Assembly: GCA_022779945.1 (NCBI GenBank)
Contig: JALEYA010000037.1
Location: forward strand, 1-38,530
Direction: 5' to 3'
Length of the DNA: 38,530 bases
Source: Oscillospiraceae bacterium
Lineage (GTDB): Bacteria > Bacillota > Clostridia > Oscillospirales > Acutalibacteraceae
The notes beneath the pieces are model-generated. The model was given only the letters and a program-made list of their open reading frames with translations. It was not told the DNA's origin and made no database searches. This document shows, piece by piece, positions 18,633 to 26,670 of the stretch. The translations under genes were made by a program, and so were the position numbers. How positions within the stretch are numbered: position 1 is the stretch's first letter; each line of letters opens with the position of its first letter.

Positions 18633-21005
18633 CTATTCGATTGATTTTGCTTTTGTGTTAAACAAGGCTTCATATTCGCTGTGACAGGTTAAAAAAATCA
18701 CCTGATGGCGTTCGGCGCACATCGTAACCAGTTCACAGGCTTTGTGCTTTCGTTCGCTGTCCATATCCGAAAACGGATCGTCGAAAACAATGATGCCGCC
18801 GTCCGGGAACAGATGGTCAAGAACTGCGAGTCTGAATGCAAGAGAAACCGTTTGTTTGGTGCCTTCGGAAAGCTGTCTGAACCCAACGAGACGGTCGGAG
18901 GTGAAAATCTTCATGTTAAGCGTTTCGCTTTCGGCAAAGTCGGAAGTTACTTTTTCGTCTGTCAGAACATGAAGATAATGCGAAAAGCTTTCGGCTAAAT
19001 CCTCAGCCGGGTTTTCGTTGATCCTTTTTTTGCATTCATAAAAGACCCGAAGGATATTTTCCCAACAGGCAAGAAGGGCTTTTTGATTTTCAAAATCACT
19101 CAACGCCTTATCAAGACGGTCACGGATATCTTCTCCGTAGGTTTCTTTGAAGGATTCAAGCTTCTGAACCGCTTCGGTTTTCTTTTGTAAAGCCTGCTCG
19201 CTTTTTTGTTGAAGCTGTTTCAGCTTTTCTCTTTCGATTTTACAGTATTCGTCAATATCCTCAATCTCAAGATATTCCTGCGGAATGTCGTTTGTGCCGT
19301 CAAGCTGTGCCTGGATTTTTTCGATTTCCTCGCCGGTTTCACGGATTTTTCTTTTGAGGTCATTAAGACTTGTATATACCGACTCGAAGGATTTTATCTC
19401 AGCCTGCACTGCGGCAACAAATCGGACAATATCCTTTCCGCCGGTAAGATTGAAAATGTCGCTGCGGATTTCTTCGTTTGTTCTTGTTTTTTCGATGACC
19501 GCGGCGGCGCGATTCTCAAGTTCTTCAAAGCTTTCTTCCGAAAGAATAAGCTGAAGCTTTGACTGTGCATTCTGTGCTTTCAGTTCAACAGACGCCCGGT
19601 ATCGTGCTTTCTGCTCAAGCTCATCTATGTTGTCGGATTGGTGTTTTTTCAAAATGGTATCAACAAGCTTTTGGGATTCTTCAAGCTGACCGGTTATTGT
19701 CTCGGTATCAATGTCAGCCGGAGAAAGCTGCATTTGCATGACGCCCGGAACGGTAATATCGACAGCCCGGTTCAGAATGATTTCATCGTCAGGCTCGATT
19801 TTTTCACCGGTTCCGACGGCTGTTATGGTCACACTGTTTTCGCCGAACATTTTTATTTTTGCACTGATGTTCATGGCACAAAGCTTGTTTTTCAGCTGAT
19901 CGATTTTTCTAAGCTGCGATCTGACCTCGGTGATATCACTTTGCGAAACCGGAGGAGAGGATGAAAGCATGGTCTGATACTGCTCAAGCTCGTCATGAAT
20001 CTTTTTGGCTTTTTCATACTTGTCGGCAAGAACCCTGTTTTCCTGCTCCTTTTGAAGAACGCAGCCTATTTCGTATCCGGATAAAATGATCGGCCATTTT
20101 TCGGCGTCGGTACGACACTTTTCAAGCTGAGAGCCGAGAATTTTAAGCCGTCTTTTTCTTTCGCCGAAAACGGCGACGGCAGCGGAGAAGGTGTTCAGAC
20201 GGTTATTGCTTTCTTCGGCTTTCTGAACGGCTTCCCGTATTTTTGTGTAGCCGGATAATGCATCGTCACACTGTTCTTCAAGTATTTTCAGCTCTTGTGT
20301 GAGCTTTTGTGCGTCCTCAAGCGCATAGTACGCTTTCAGGATTTCTCCGACGCCGTTGGCCCACCGACCGGCTTTTCGCTGCGGCTGATTTTTCTCCGCA
20401 TCCCAATGCTTGCCGGCTGTTTCTTCTATCTTTTCTTTGATGGCGCGTTCGATGGAATCGATATTGATGCCGTCGCTTTGTGAAAAGGCTCTTGTCACGG
20501 CGGCAACAAGTTCTCTTTTGGCCTGGGTGTCACTTTTGGCGTCAAGGACAGACTGAAGCGAGATGTCCGTGTTCCGTTGGGATGAAAAAAGCAGGTCGGC
20601 ATAAACGCCCTCGCCGTAACCGAGCACCTTTTTTAAAATGGAATCCGCGTTTGCCTCATCCTTGAAAATGCCGTCGGGGGTTGACAGCCTGTATACGGGC
20701 TGTTTGCTCCATTCTTTTGAAACGGTGTATTCTTCGTTATCTTTAAAAATCGTTATGCTTCCGTCGGCGAAATCTCCGGCAAGAGATGCTCCTTTTCTTC
20801 CGGACGGAAAAAACAGACCGATAAAATCCTTATCGGTTCTTGCGTCAAGCTTTGCAGGCTGAAATAAAGTACGGGAAATCAGATTGACAAGCGTACTTTT
20901 TCCGCTTTCGTTTTTACCGTAGATCAGATTGAACCCGTCATCGAATTCGACCGTCCGGTTCCGGATCCCTGCAAATTGCGTGCAGGATACTTTGCTGATT
21001 TTCAT
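18633..21005 (-). CDS. SMC/Rad50-like AAA ATPase (YhaN/SbcC-like)
   Basis: 790 aa counted from ATG 21005, which follows AAGGAGG. It has an N-terminal Walker A (GKNESGKST) and a long coiled-coil-like central region. The C-terminus has the signature LSEGTKQTVSLAF and the Walker B IIVFDDPFSDMD. The longer ORF-track N-terminus overlaps the upstream gene and is rejected. Confidence 0.8.
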   Translation of the reverse strand: MKISKVSCTQFAGIRNRTVEFDDGFNLIYGKNESGKSTLVNLISRTLFQPAKLDARTDKDFIGLFFPSGRKGASLAGDFADGSITIFKDNEEYTVSKEWSKQPVYRLSTPDGIFKDEANADSILKKVLGYGEGVYADLLFSSQRNTDISLQSVLDAKSDTQAKRELVAAVTRAFSQSDGINIDSIERAIKEKIEETAGKHWDAEKNQPQRKAGRWANGVGEILKAYYALEDAQKLTQELKILEEQCDDALSGYTKIREAVQKAEESNNRLNTFSAAVAVFGERKRRLKILGSQLEKCRTDAEKWPIILSGYEIGCVLQKEQENRVLADKYEKAKKIHDELEQYQTMLSSSPPVSQSDITEVRSQLRKIDQLKNKLCAMNISAKIKMFGENSVTITAVGTGEKIEPDDEIILNRAVDITVPGVMQMQLSPADIDTETITGQLEESQKLVDTILKKHQSDNIDELEQKARYRASVELKAQNAQSKLQLILSEESFEELENRAAAVIEKTRTNEEIRSDIFNLTGGKDIVRFVAAVQAEIKSFESVYTSLNDLKRKIRETGEEIEKIQAQLDGTNDIPQEYLEIEDIDEYCKIEREKLKQLQQKSEQALQKKTEAVQKLESFKETYGEDIRDRLDKALSDFENQKALLACWENILRVFYECKKRINENPAEDLAESFSHYLHVLTDEKVTSDFAESETLNMKIFTSDRLVGFRQLSEGTKQTVSLAFRLAVLDHLFPDGGIIVFDDPFSDMDSERKHKACELVTMCAERHQVIFLTCHSEYEALFNTKAKSIE

Positions 21006-21027
21006 TGTGTTCTGAGCCTCCTTTTTG

Positions 21028-22257
21028 TCAGTCGTCTTCACGGCTCTTGAGTGTGTTGAGCAAATCATAGGCCAGCTGTGCCTGCTTCGGGTCGTCCAGA
21101 AGCGAAGTGAGAAAGTCGGCCGAAAATGAGGTCTCGGGGAACTGTGCGTCAATCAGCTGTCTGGAAATCACACGGCTCAGCTTACAGTCATCGTAGCGGC
21201 TTTCCGTAAATCTTGCAAGACTGCTTTCGAAAATTTCGTCCTTTCTTGCATATTCGTCGGCGGTGACGCTTCCGCTTACCGTCAATTCCACAACGGAATC
21301 GTTGTCGATGTTCTTGAGCGCCTCTGTCAGCGTTTCCTCGGCTTTTTCCGCCGCAAGTACAAGGTTTTTCCGGTAAAAGCGAAGGTTGCCCGAATGGAAA
21401 TGTTTTGCCTTTACGGTTGTATGATTTTCTTGCTTTTCCAATTCAATGATAAAGCACAAGCCTTCGGTATTGCACGAAACATCGGTCTGAACGTGCGTTC
21501 CGCTGTTGAAGATCTTTTCCTGACTTATCCGAAAATCATCATCGAGATTCTTCGGAAACGGAACGTGCGTGTGCCCGATCAGCCAGACATCAACCGGTAT
21601 TTCTTCAAGCTCTCTGCGGCTCATGAAAAAGTATCTGCCTTCGCTGTCGATGGTTTCATCCTCGACGGCGCCGTGCGCAAGTCCGATCCGGTATTTTTCG
21701 TCGGGTACAATGTTTTCTTCCCTGATAAAGCCGAGATTGTTTTCGTCCGGGGCGGAATGGAGCGTGCGGCAAAAAGCAGGGTAGAGAACCACGGTTTCAT
21801 CGTTTATGGTAAGCTCATACGGTCGGTAATCGTTTAACAGCATGATATTGTCGCATTTTCGTATTTCGCTCTCAAACGATTTCCAGAGCCTGGAATCAGG
21901 ATCATAATAATCATGATTGCCCGGAAGCACGGCAACGGATCCTTTGAAACCGCTGAGAATGTCAATAATACGGGTGATGTCTTTTTTTGCTGAAGCATAT
22001 GTGTTTTCAAACAAATCTCCTGTGATCACAAAAAGATGGCAGTCGTTTTCGTTTGCCGCTTTTACCATATTTTCGAAAGCGTCAATACGTTTTTGGGATA
22101 AAACCGCCCCTTTCTCGTGAGAAGCGTATTTCATTCCGATGTGGTTGTCTCCCGTCTGAAAAATTCTTACCATATCCATCATTCTCGGCATAGCACCAAA
22201 ATGGGTGTGCAATACCGAACCTTTCTTACTTATCTGCCCGGGCAGTTTTGTCTTCAT
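21028..22257 (-). CDS. Calcineurin-like metallophosphoesterase / DNA repair exonuclease (YhaO/SbcD-like)
   Basis: Motifs present are GDNHIG, ITGDLFE, LPGNHDYY, LAHGAV and LIGHTHVPF. The start is uncertain: the family-typical N-terminus would be MVRIFQTGDNHIG at 22173, and ATG 22189 or 22257 is also possible. Confidence 0.8.
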   Translation of the reverse strand: MKTKLPGQISKKGSVLHTHFGAMPRMMDMVRIFQTGDNHIGMKYASHEKGAVLSQKRIDAFENMVKAANENDCHLFVITGDLFENTYASAKKDITRIIDILSGFKGSVAVLPGNHDYYDPDSRLWKSFESEIRKCDNIMLLNDYRPYELTINDETVVLYPAFCRTLHSAPDENNLGFIREENIVPDEKYRIGLAHGAVEDETIDSEGRYFFMSRRELEEIPVDVWLIGHTHVPFPKNLDDDFRISQEKIFNSGTHVQTDVSCNTEGLCFIIELEKQENHTTVKAKHFHSGNLRFYRKNLVLAAEKAEETLTEALKNIDNDSVVELTVSGSVTADEYARKDEIFESSLARFTESRYDDCKLSRVISRQLIDAQFPETSFSADFLTSLLDDPKQAQLAYDLLNTLKSREDD

Positions 22258-22334
22258 TTTAGCATATCAGACGGTCAAATACAAGGAGTAAACAGGAGAA
22301 TGTCGATGCACTTGTCATTCCGATTTGTATATTG

Positions 22335-22363
22335 TTGACATTCATATGGCTGTGTGATATGAT
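22335..22363 (+). promoter_or_regulatory. Sigma-A-type promoter with an extended -10
   Basis: TTGACA (22335-22340), a 17-nt spacer, then TGaTATGAT (TATGAT at 22358-22363). Confidence 0.6.
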
Positions 22364-22388
22364 TCTTTTCGAGAGGAGATGTGTCTGT

Positions 22389-23282
22389 ATGACTTTTTCA
22401 GCTGTTTTATTTTTTGATATTCTGATTCTGATTCTGGCTGCTTTAACAAGAGTGTTTTCCTTATTGTATATTGTTTTTTCCTGTAAACATTATAATGAAG
22501 ATTTAAGTGTTGGTTCATGTATATTGGCTGTTTTCTTTCCGCTGATTGCCGTAATCATTCAGCTTTCAAGAAAAAAGCACTTTCAGAGCGAGGGAATGAA
22601 GATATGCCGTCAGTGCGGCGAAAAGCTTCCGCCTTCCTATGAGGTTTGTCCAAGATGTCTTGCGCCGCTTGATCCGTATGACGAAAAGAAATCGAACAGC
22701 AGTAAAACGCTTTCAACGGTTATGCTCGGTGTGTTTTCGGTCTCAAAGGCGGTTCTGGTTATATCTGTCGTTCTTCTTGTCGGCATTTGTACCAAATCTA
22801 TACTTGATACCACAAATGATATGGTTCGTCAATATCAGAGGGTATTCGTTACCGTTGACGGAAAACAAATGTATTTCGATAAAAAGGGCAATTCATACGA
22901 GAACGAGGAAGACGTTGTCCTTTACGCGAAAGACGGAACAAAGTACATTTATGATGCCGATACCTATTGCTACGTCAGCGACAAAAATGAAGAGTTTGAA
23001 ATCGATTACTGTTATGTTGACAGTGACGGCTGGTTCTATTACGATGAGGACGGCAGTCTGATTTGTAAGACTCCCGATGTTGCGGATGACGTTAATGAAG
23101 ATTTTTATTCAATGAAAGATAAAAGCATTGAAGAGTATCTTTCCGGCATTCTGTCTTTGGATGATTTCCGTACATATTATGACGAAAAAGGAAACCGGTA
23201 TTGTGCGGCTGCCGTCGCAAGCTGGAACGAAAAAGGTGAGCTGATAACAACGGACGAAGCCGAACAAAGCACCGAAAATTGA
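22389..23282 (+). CDS. Membrane protein with a cytoplasmic zinc-ribbon and an extracytoplasmic Tyr/Asp-rich domain
   Basis: The start at ATG 22389 lies 9 nt after GAGGAGA. Two N-terminal TM segments are followed by CRQCGEKLPPSYEVCPRC, a third TM segment, and about 150 aa rich in Y, D and G. No family is recognised. Confidence 0.6.
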   Translation: MTFSAVLFFDILILILAALTRVFSLLYIVFSCKHYNEDLSVGSCILAVFFPLIAVIIQLSRKKHFQSEGMKICRQCGEKLPPSYEVCPRCLAPLDPYDEKKSNSSKTLSTVMLGVFSVSKAVLVISVVLLVGICTKSILDTTNDMVRQYQRVFVTVDGKQMYFDKKGNSYENEEDVVLYAKDGTKYIYDADTYCYVSDKNEEFEIDYCYVDSDGWFYYDEDGSLICKTPDVADDVNEDFYSMKDKSIEEYLSGILSLDDFRTYYDEKGNRYCAAAVASWNEKGELITTDEAEQSTEN

Positions 23283-23327
23283 TGCAAAATCCGACTTTCC
23301 GAATCCCGGATGCGGGCGGTAACGGTC

Positions 23328-23356
23328 TTGACAAAATACGGCAAAATGTGTATTAT
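23328..23356 (+). promoter_or_regulatory. Sigma-A-type promoter candidate
   Basis: TTGACA (23328-23333), a 17-nt spacer, then TATTAT (23351-23356). Confidence 0.55.
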
Positions 23357-23394
23357 ATATCCAAATTATCAATTATAATCGGGGGATATGAAAG

Positions 23395-25083
23395 ATGAAT
23401 TGTAAAAAGCTTTTCAGCTTTGTTCTTGTTGTTTTTATGCTGTTTGCTTTTCAATCGGCATTTTGCATGAATGCTTTTGCGGTCGGTGAGGAACCGGAAA
23501 CTTCTGCTTCTTCGGTCGAAGAAAACAGCGGTTTTGTTTCGGTTGACGGTAAGGTGTACTATTTCAATCCGGAAACGCATGAAAAATTCGTGCCCGAAGA
23601 AGGGGTTTATCCGATCGGGGAGAAGCATTATTATTTTAATGCCGATTCAAGTGTGTTCACCGCCGAGAAAGCCGGCGCTTACCAAATCAACGGAGTGTTT
23701 TATCTGTTTGACAGCGATAACAGCGTTATGCACGTCGGGCAGGAACCGGGTTTTGTTACGCTTGACGGGGGCACCTATTATGCCGAGGCAACCGGTAAGC
23801 TGAAGACCGGTCTCGTTCCTTTTAATGCAAAATACTATTATTTTGATCCCGTTACGGCAAAAATGCAAAAGGGTCTTAAAAAGGTCGGTAAATACTATTA
23901 TTTCTTTGATACCACAAGCGGCGTTATGAAAACCGGTCTTGTCAAAGACAGCAAGGGAGTTATCCGTTTCTTCGACCTGAAAACCGGTAAAATGCGTACC
24001 GGTCTTGTCAAGTATAACAACGCTTATTATTACTTTGATACGACGAACGGTGCGATGAAAACCGGTCTTGTCAAAGACAGCAAGGGGGCTATCCGCTTCT
24101 TCGACCTGAAAACCGGTAAAATGCGTACCGGTCTTGTCAAGTATAACAACGCTTATTATTATTTTGATACGACAAGCGGCGTTATGAAAAACGGCTTTGT
24201 CAAGGACAGCAAGGGCGTAACCCGCTTCTTTGGTCTGCAATCCGGTAAAATGCTTACCGGTCTTATCAAGTATAATAACAAGTATTATTACTTTGATCCT
24301 TCAAACGGCGCGATGAAAACCGGTTTTGTCAAAGACAGTAAGGGTCGAACCCGTTGCTTTAATACAAAAACCGGCGCCATGTGTACCGGACTTACCAAGT
24401 ACGGTAACTACTATTATTATTTTGATACGAAAACGGGATACATGAAAACCGGTCTGATCACGACCGGAACGGATAAAAGGTACTTCTCGACAAAGAACGG
24501 ACGGATGCTTACCGGCTGGCTGAAGCTTGACGGCAATTACTATTATTTCAGTACAAGCAGCGGAAAAATGCTCAAAAGCACCATTGTCGGTAAATACTAT
24601 GTGTTAAGCAACGGCAAAAGAGCGACGAGCAAAGTCGTCAGTTATGCCGTCAGCGTTGTCAATGCGGTCTCGACCTCTTCGATGACGCGTGAGCAAAAGC
24701 TCAGAGCCTGCTTTAACTGGATTGTCAGAAACTGTTCGTATGCCCGTGATTATACCGACCCGGCCAGGCTGAATTATAACTGGACAAAAAGCTATGCGGA
24801 GTATCTTTTTGCCAACAAGAAGGGTAACTGTTATAAATATGCCAGTGCGATGGGCTACTGTGCCGCCGTTCTCGGATATCCCTCAAAGGTCGCTTACGGA
24901 AAGATCTCCTCGAATCACGGTATGACCAATCACGGCTGGACCGAAGTGGTCATGGACGGAAAGACCTATATTTTCGATACGGTGCAGGCCGATTACAGTC
25001 AATATAATTACTATAAACGTACATATAGCAATTATCCCAAAAAGCTTCAGAAGAACGGTACGCGTTCAATCGTTTTAAGCTGA
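23395..25083 (+). CDS. Secreted cell-wall-binding-repeat protein with a C-terminal transglutaminase-like cysteine-protease domain
   Basis: It has a signal peptide (MNCKKLFSFVLVVFMLFAFQSAFCMNAFA). More than 12 CW_binding-type repeats are present (YYYFD..G.MKTG). The C-terminal Cys/His/Asp candidates are GNCYKYASAMGY, NHGWTEV and IFDT. Confidence 0.85.
   Translation: MNCKKLFSFVLVVFMLFAFQSAFCMNAFAVGEEPETSASSVEENSGFVSVDGKVYYFNPETHEKFVPEEGVYPIGEKHYYFNADSSVFTAEKAGAYQINGVFYLFDSDNSVMHVGQEPGFVTLDGGTYYAEATGKLKTGLVPFNAKYYYFDPVTAKMQKGLKKVGKYYYFFDTTSGVMKTGLVKDSKGVIRFFDLKTGKMRTGLVKYNNAYYYFDTTNGAMKTGLVKDSKGAIRFFDLKTGKMRTGLVKYNNAYYYFDTTSGVMKNGFVKDSKGVTRFFGLQSGKMLTGLIKYNNKYYYFDPSNGAMKTGFVKDSKGRTRCFNTKTGAMCTGLTKYGNYYYYFDTKTGYMKTGLITTGTDKRYFSTKNGRMLTGWLKLDGNYYYFSTSSGKMLKSTIVGKYYVLSNGKRATSKVVSYAVSVVNAVSTSSMTREQKLRACFNWIVRNCSYARDYTDPARLNYNWTKSYAEYLFANKKGNCYKYASAMGYCAAVLGYPSKVAYGKISSNHGMTNHGWTEVVMDGKTYIFDTVQADYSQYNYYKRTYSNYPKKLQKNGTRSIVLS
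23935..24450 (+). repeat. Four tandem 129-bp (43-codon) coding repeats; the first two are nearly identical at the DNA level
   Basis: Units start at 23935, 24064, 24193 and 24322. Units 1 and 2 differ at only a handful of bases and encode GLVKDSKG.IRFFDLKTGKMRTGLVKYNNAYYYFDTT.G.MK. Confidence 0.9.
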
Positions 25084-25217
25084 TGATATTTGCTTTTGAT
25101 GTTTATAGAAAAGCGGCACGCAGTGTTGTGTCGCTTTATAATATTGTTGTAAGTTATTTATGGAGCCCATAAAAACTGCCTTAAAATTTGATAGACAACA
25201 AAAAGAGGATATAATCA

Positions 25218-26624
25218 ATGGTTTTTAGCTCTCTGTCGTTCTTGTGTGTATTTCTTCCGACGGTTTTGATTCTGCACACGGTGATTCCGTCAATAAAAGT
25301 CAGGAATATTTTGCTGCTTGCCGCAAGTCTGGTTTTTTATGCTTACGGTGAGCCTGTTTATGTACTTCTGCTTGTGCTCAGCTGTCTGATGAATTATGCA
25401 TTTGCTTTCGGCGCAAATATCCGTAATGAAAAAGTAAAAAAGATGCTTCTGGCTTTCAACGTCATAGGTAATCTCGGTTTGCTTGCCGTTTTCAAATATG
25501 CCGACATGGCGGTTGCTACGGTGAACGGACTGTTCGGTGCGGATCTTCCTTTACCGGAAATCAGACTGCCGATCGGAATTTCGTTTTTTACCTTCCAGGC
25601 GATGTCCTACACAATTGATGTTTACCGTTCGGTGACGAATGTCCAGAAGAATCCTTTGAAGCTGACTCTTTATATCTCGCTTTTCCCGCAGCTGATTGCG
25701 GGTCCCATCGTCAAATACAGAGATATCGAAGAACGGCTTACATACAGGACAATTGATCTTGCTTCCCTTGAAAGGGGACTGAGCCGGTTCATTGTCGGCC
25801 TCGGGAAAAAAGTGGTCTTTGCCAATACGCTCGGTCTTGTCGCCGATGCCGTATATTCGGCGTCTGCCGACAAACTCAATATTCTTTCCGCCTGGCTTGC
25901 AGCTGTTGCGTATATGCTTCAGATTTACTACGATTTCAGCGGATACAGCGACATGGCAATCGGCCTCGGAAAGGCGCTCGGATTCGACTTTAAAGAAAAC
26001 TTCAATTATCCTTACCTGTCCGAAAGTATTACAGAATTCTGGAGAAGGTGGCATATTTCGCTTTCAACCTGGTTCAAGGAATATCTGTATATCCCGTTGG
26101 GTGGTAACCGAAAGGGAGAAATCCGCACCGATATCAACAAAATGCTTGTGTTCTTCTTTACGGGACTGTGGCACGGCGCAAGCTGGACCTTTGTTGCCTG
26201 GGGAGCTGTTCACGGACTGTTTACCGTGATCGAAATGCACTGCGGATTTTTGAAAAAAATGCCGAAGTTTTTCCGCTGGCTTTATACATCGCTTGTCGTT
26301 TGTCTGGCTTTTGTTTTGTTCAGAGCCGATACCTTCACGCAGGCGGCGGTATTTTTCAAGAATATGTTCGCCGGCTATTGCTTTGATTCTGCGTCGATGT
26401 CCTTGTTCTTGCAGCAGATGACGCCGTGGTTCATTTTTGTGTTGATGCTCTCTTTGGTCGGGGTATTCCCGATTATGAAAAAGTTCCCGAAAATCGTCGC
26501 TGTATTTGATGAAAAGCCTGTATTGAACCTCATAAAGAGAGTTTCTTTGTTGGCGCTTTTGGTCTTTTGCATGGTCAGAATAAGCTCGGGGGCTTACAAT
26601 CCCTTTATTTATTTCAGATTCTGA
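25218..26624 (+). CDS. MBOAT-family membrane O-acyltransferase (AlgI/DltB/PatA-like)
   Basis: 468 aa, polytopic. Motifs present are FFTFQAMSYTIDVYR, FPQLIAGPIVKY, FWRRWHISLSTWF..YLYIPLGGNR and GLWHGASW. AAGAGGA Shine-Dalgarno. Confidence 0.9.
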   Translation: MVFSSLSFLCVFLPTVLILHTVIPSIKVRNILLLAASLVFYAYGEPVYVLLLVLSCLMNYAFAFGANIRNEKVKKMLLAFNVIGNLGLLAVFKYADMAVATVNGLFGADLPLPEIRLPIGISFFTFQAMSYTIDVYRSVTNVQKNPLKLTLYISLFPQLIAGPIVKYRDIEERLTYRTIDLASLERGLSRFIVGLGKKVVFANTLGLVADAVYSASADKLNILSAWLAAVAYMLQIYYDFSGYSDMAIGLGKALGFDFKENFNYPYLSESITEFWRRWHISLSTWFKEYLYIPLGGNRKGEIRTDINKMLVFFFTGLWHGASWTFVAWGAVHGLFTVIEMHCGFLKKMPKFFRWLYTSLVVCLAFVLFRADTFTQAAVFFKNMFAGYCFDSASMSLFLQQMTPWFIFVLMLSLVGVFPIMKKFPKIVAVFDEKPVLNLIKRVSLLALLVFCMVRISSGAYNPFIYFRF

Positions 26625-26670
26625 GAAAGGAACAGAGGAACAGCTTTTGTTTGTTCCTTGCGGTGATACC

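Noticed and set aside
21006-21152. N-terminal 49-codon extension of the SMC-like ATPase ORF
   Set aside because: The extension overlaps the 3' end of the phosphoesterase gene and is Arg/Ser/Pro/Thr-rich. The internal ATG at 21005 is preceded by AAGGAGG and gives the family-typical N-terminus MKISKV...GKNESGKST.
18633-22257. Calling the ATPase + phosphoesterase pair an anti-phage defence system
   Set aside because: The domain content and gene order match the YhaO/YhaN (SbcCD-like) repair pair. I see no mobile-element, integrase or other defence-island context, so it is reported only as something to test.
23935-24450. Tandem DNA repeats as a possible CRISPR or VNTR locus (also 28973-29068)
   Set aside because: Both repeat sets are in frame inside well-supported genes and encode protein repeats (cell-wall-binding modules and a KTTAP linker). 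There is no unique-spacer architecture and no cas genes.
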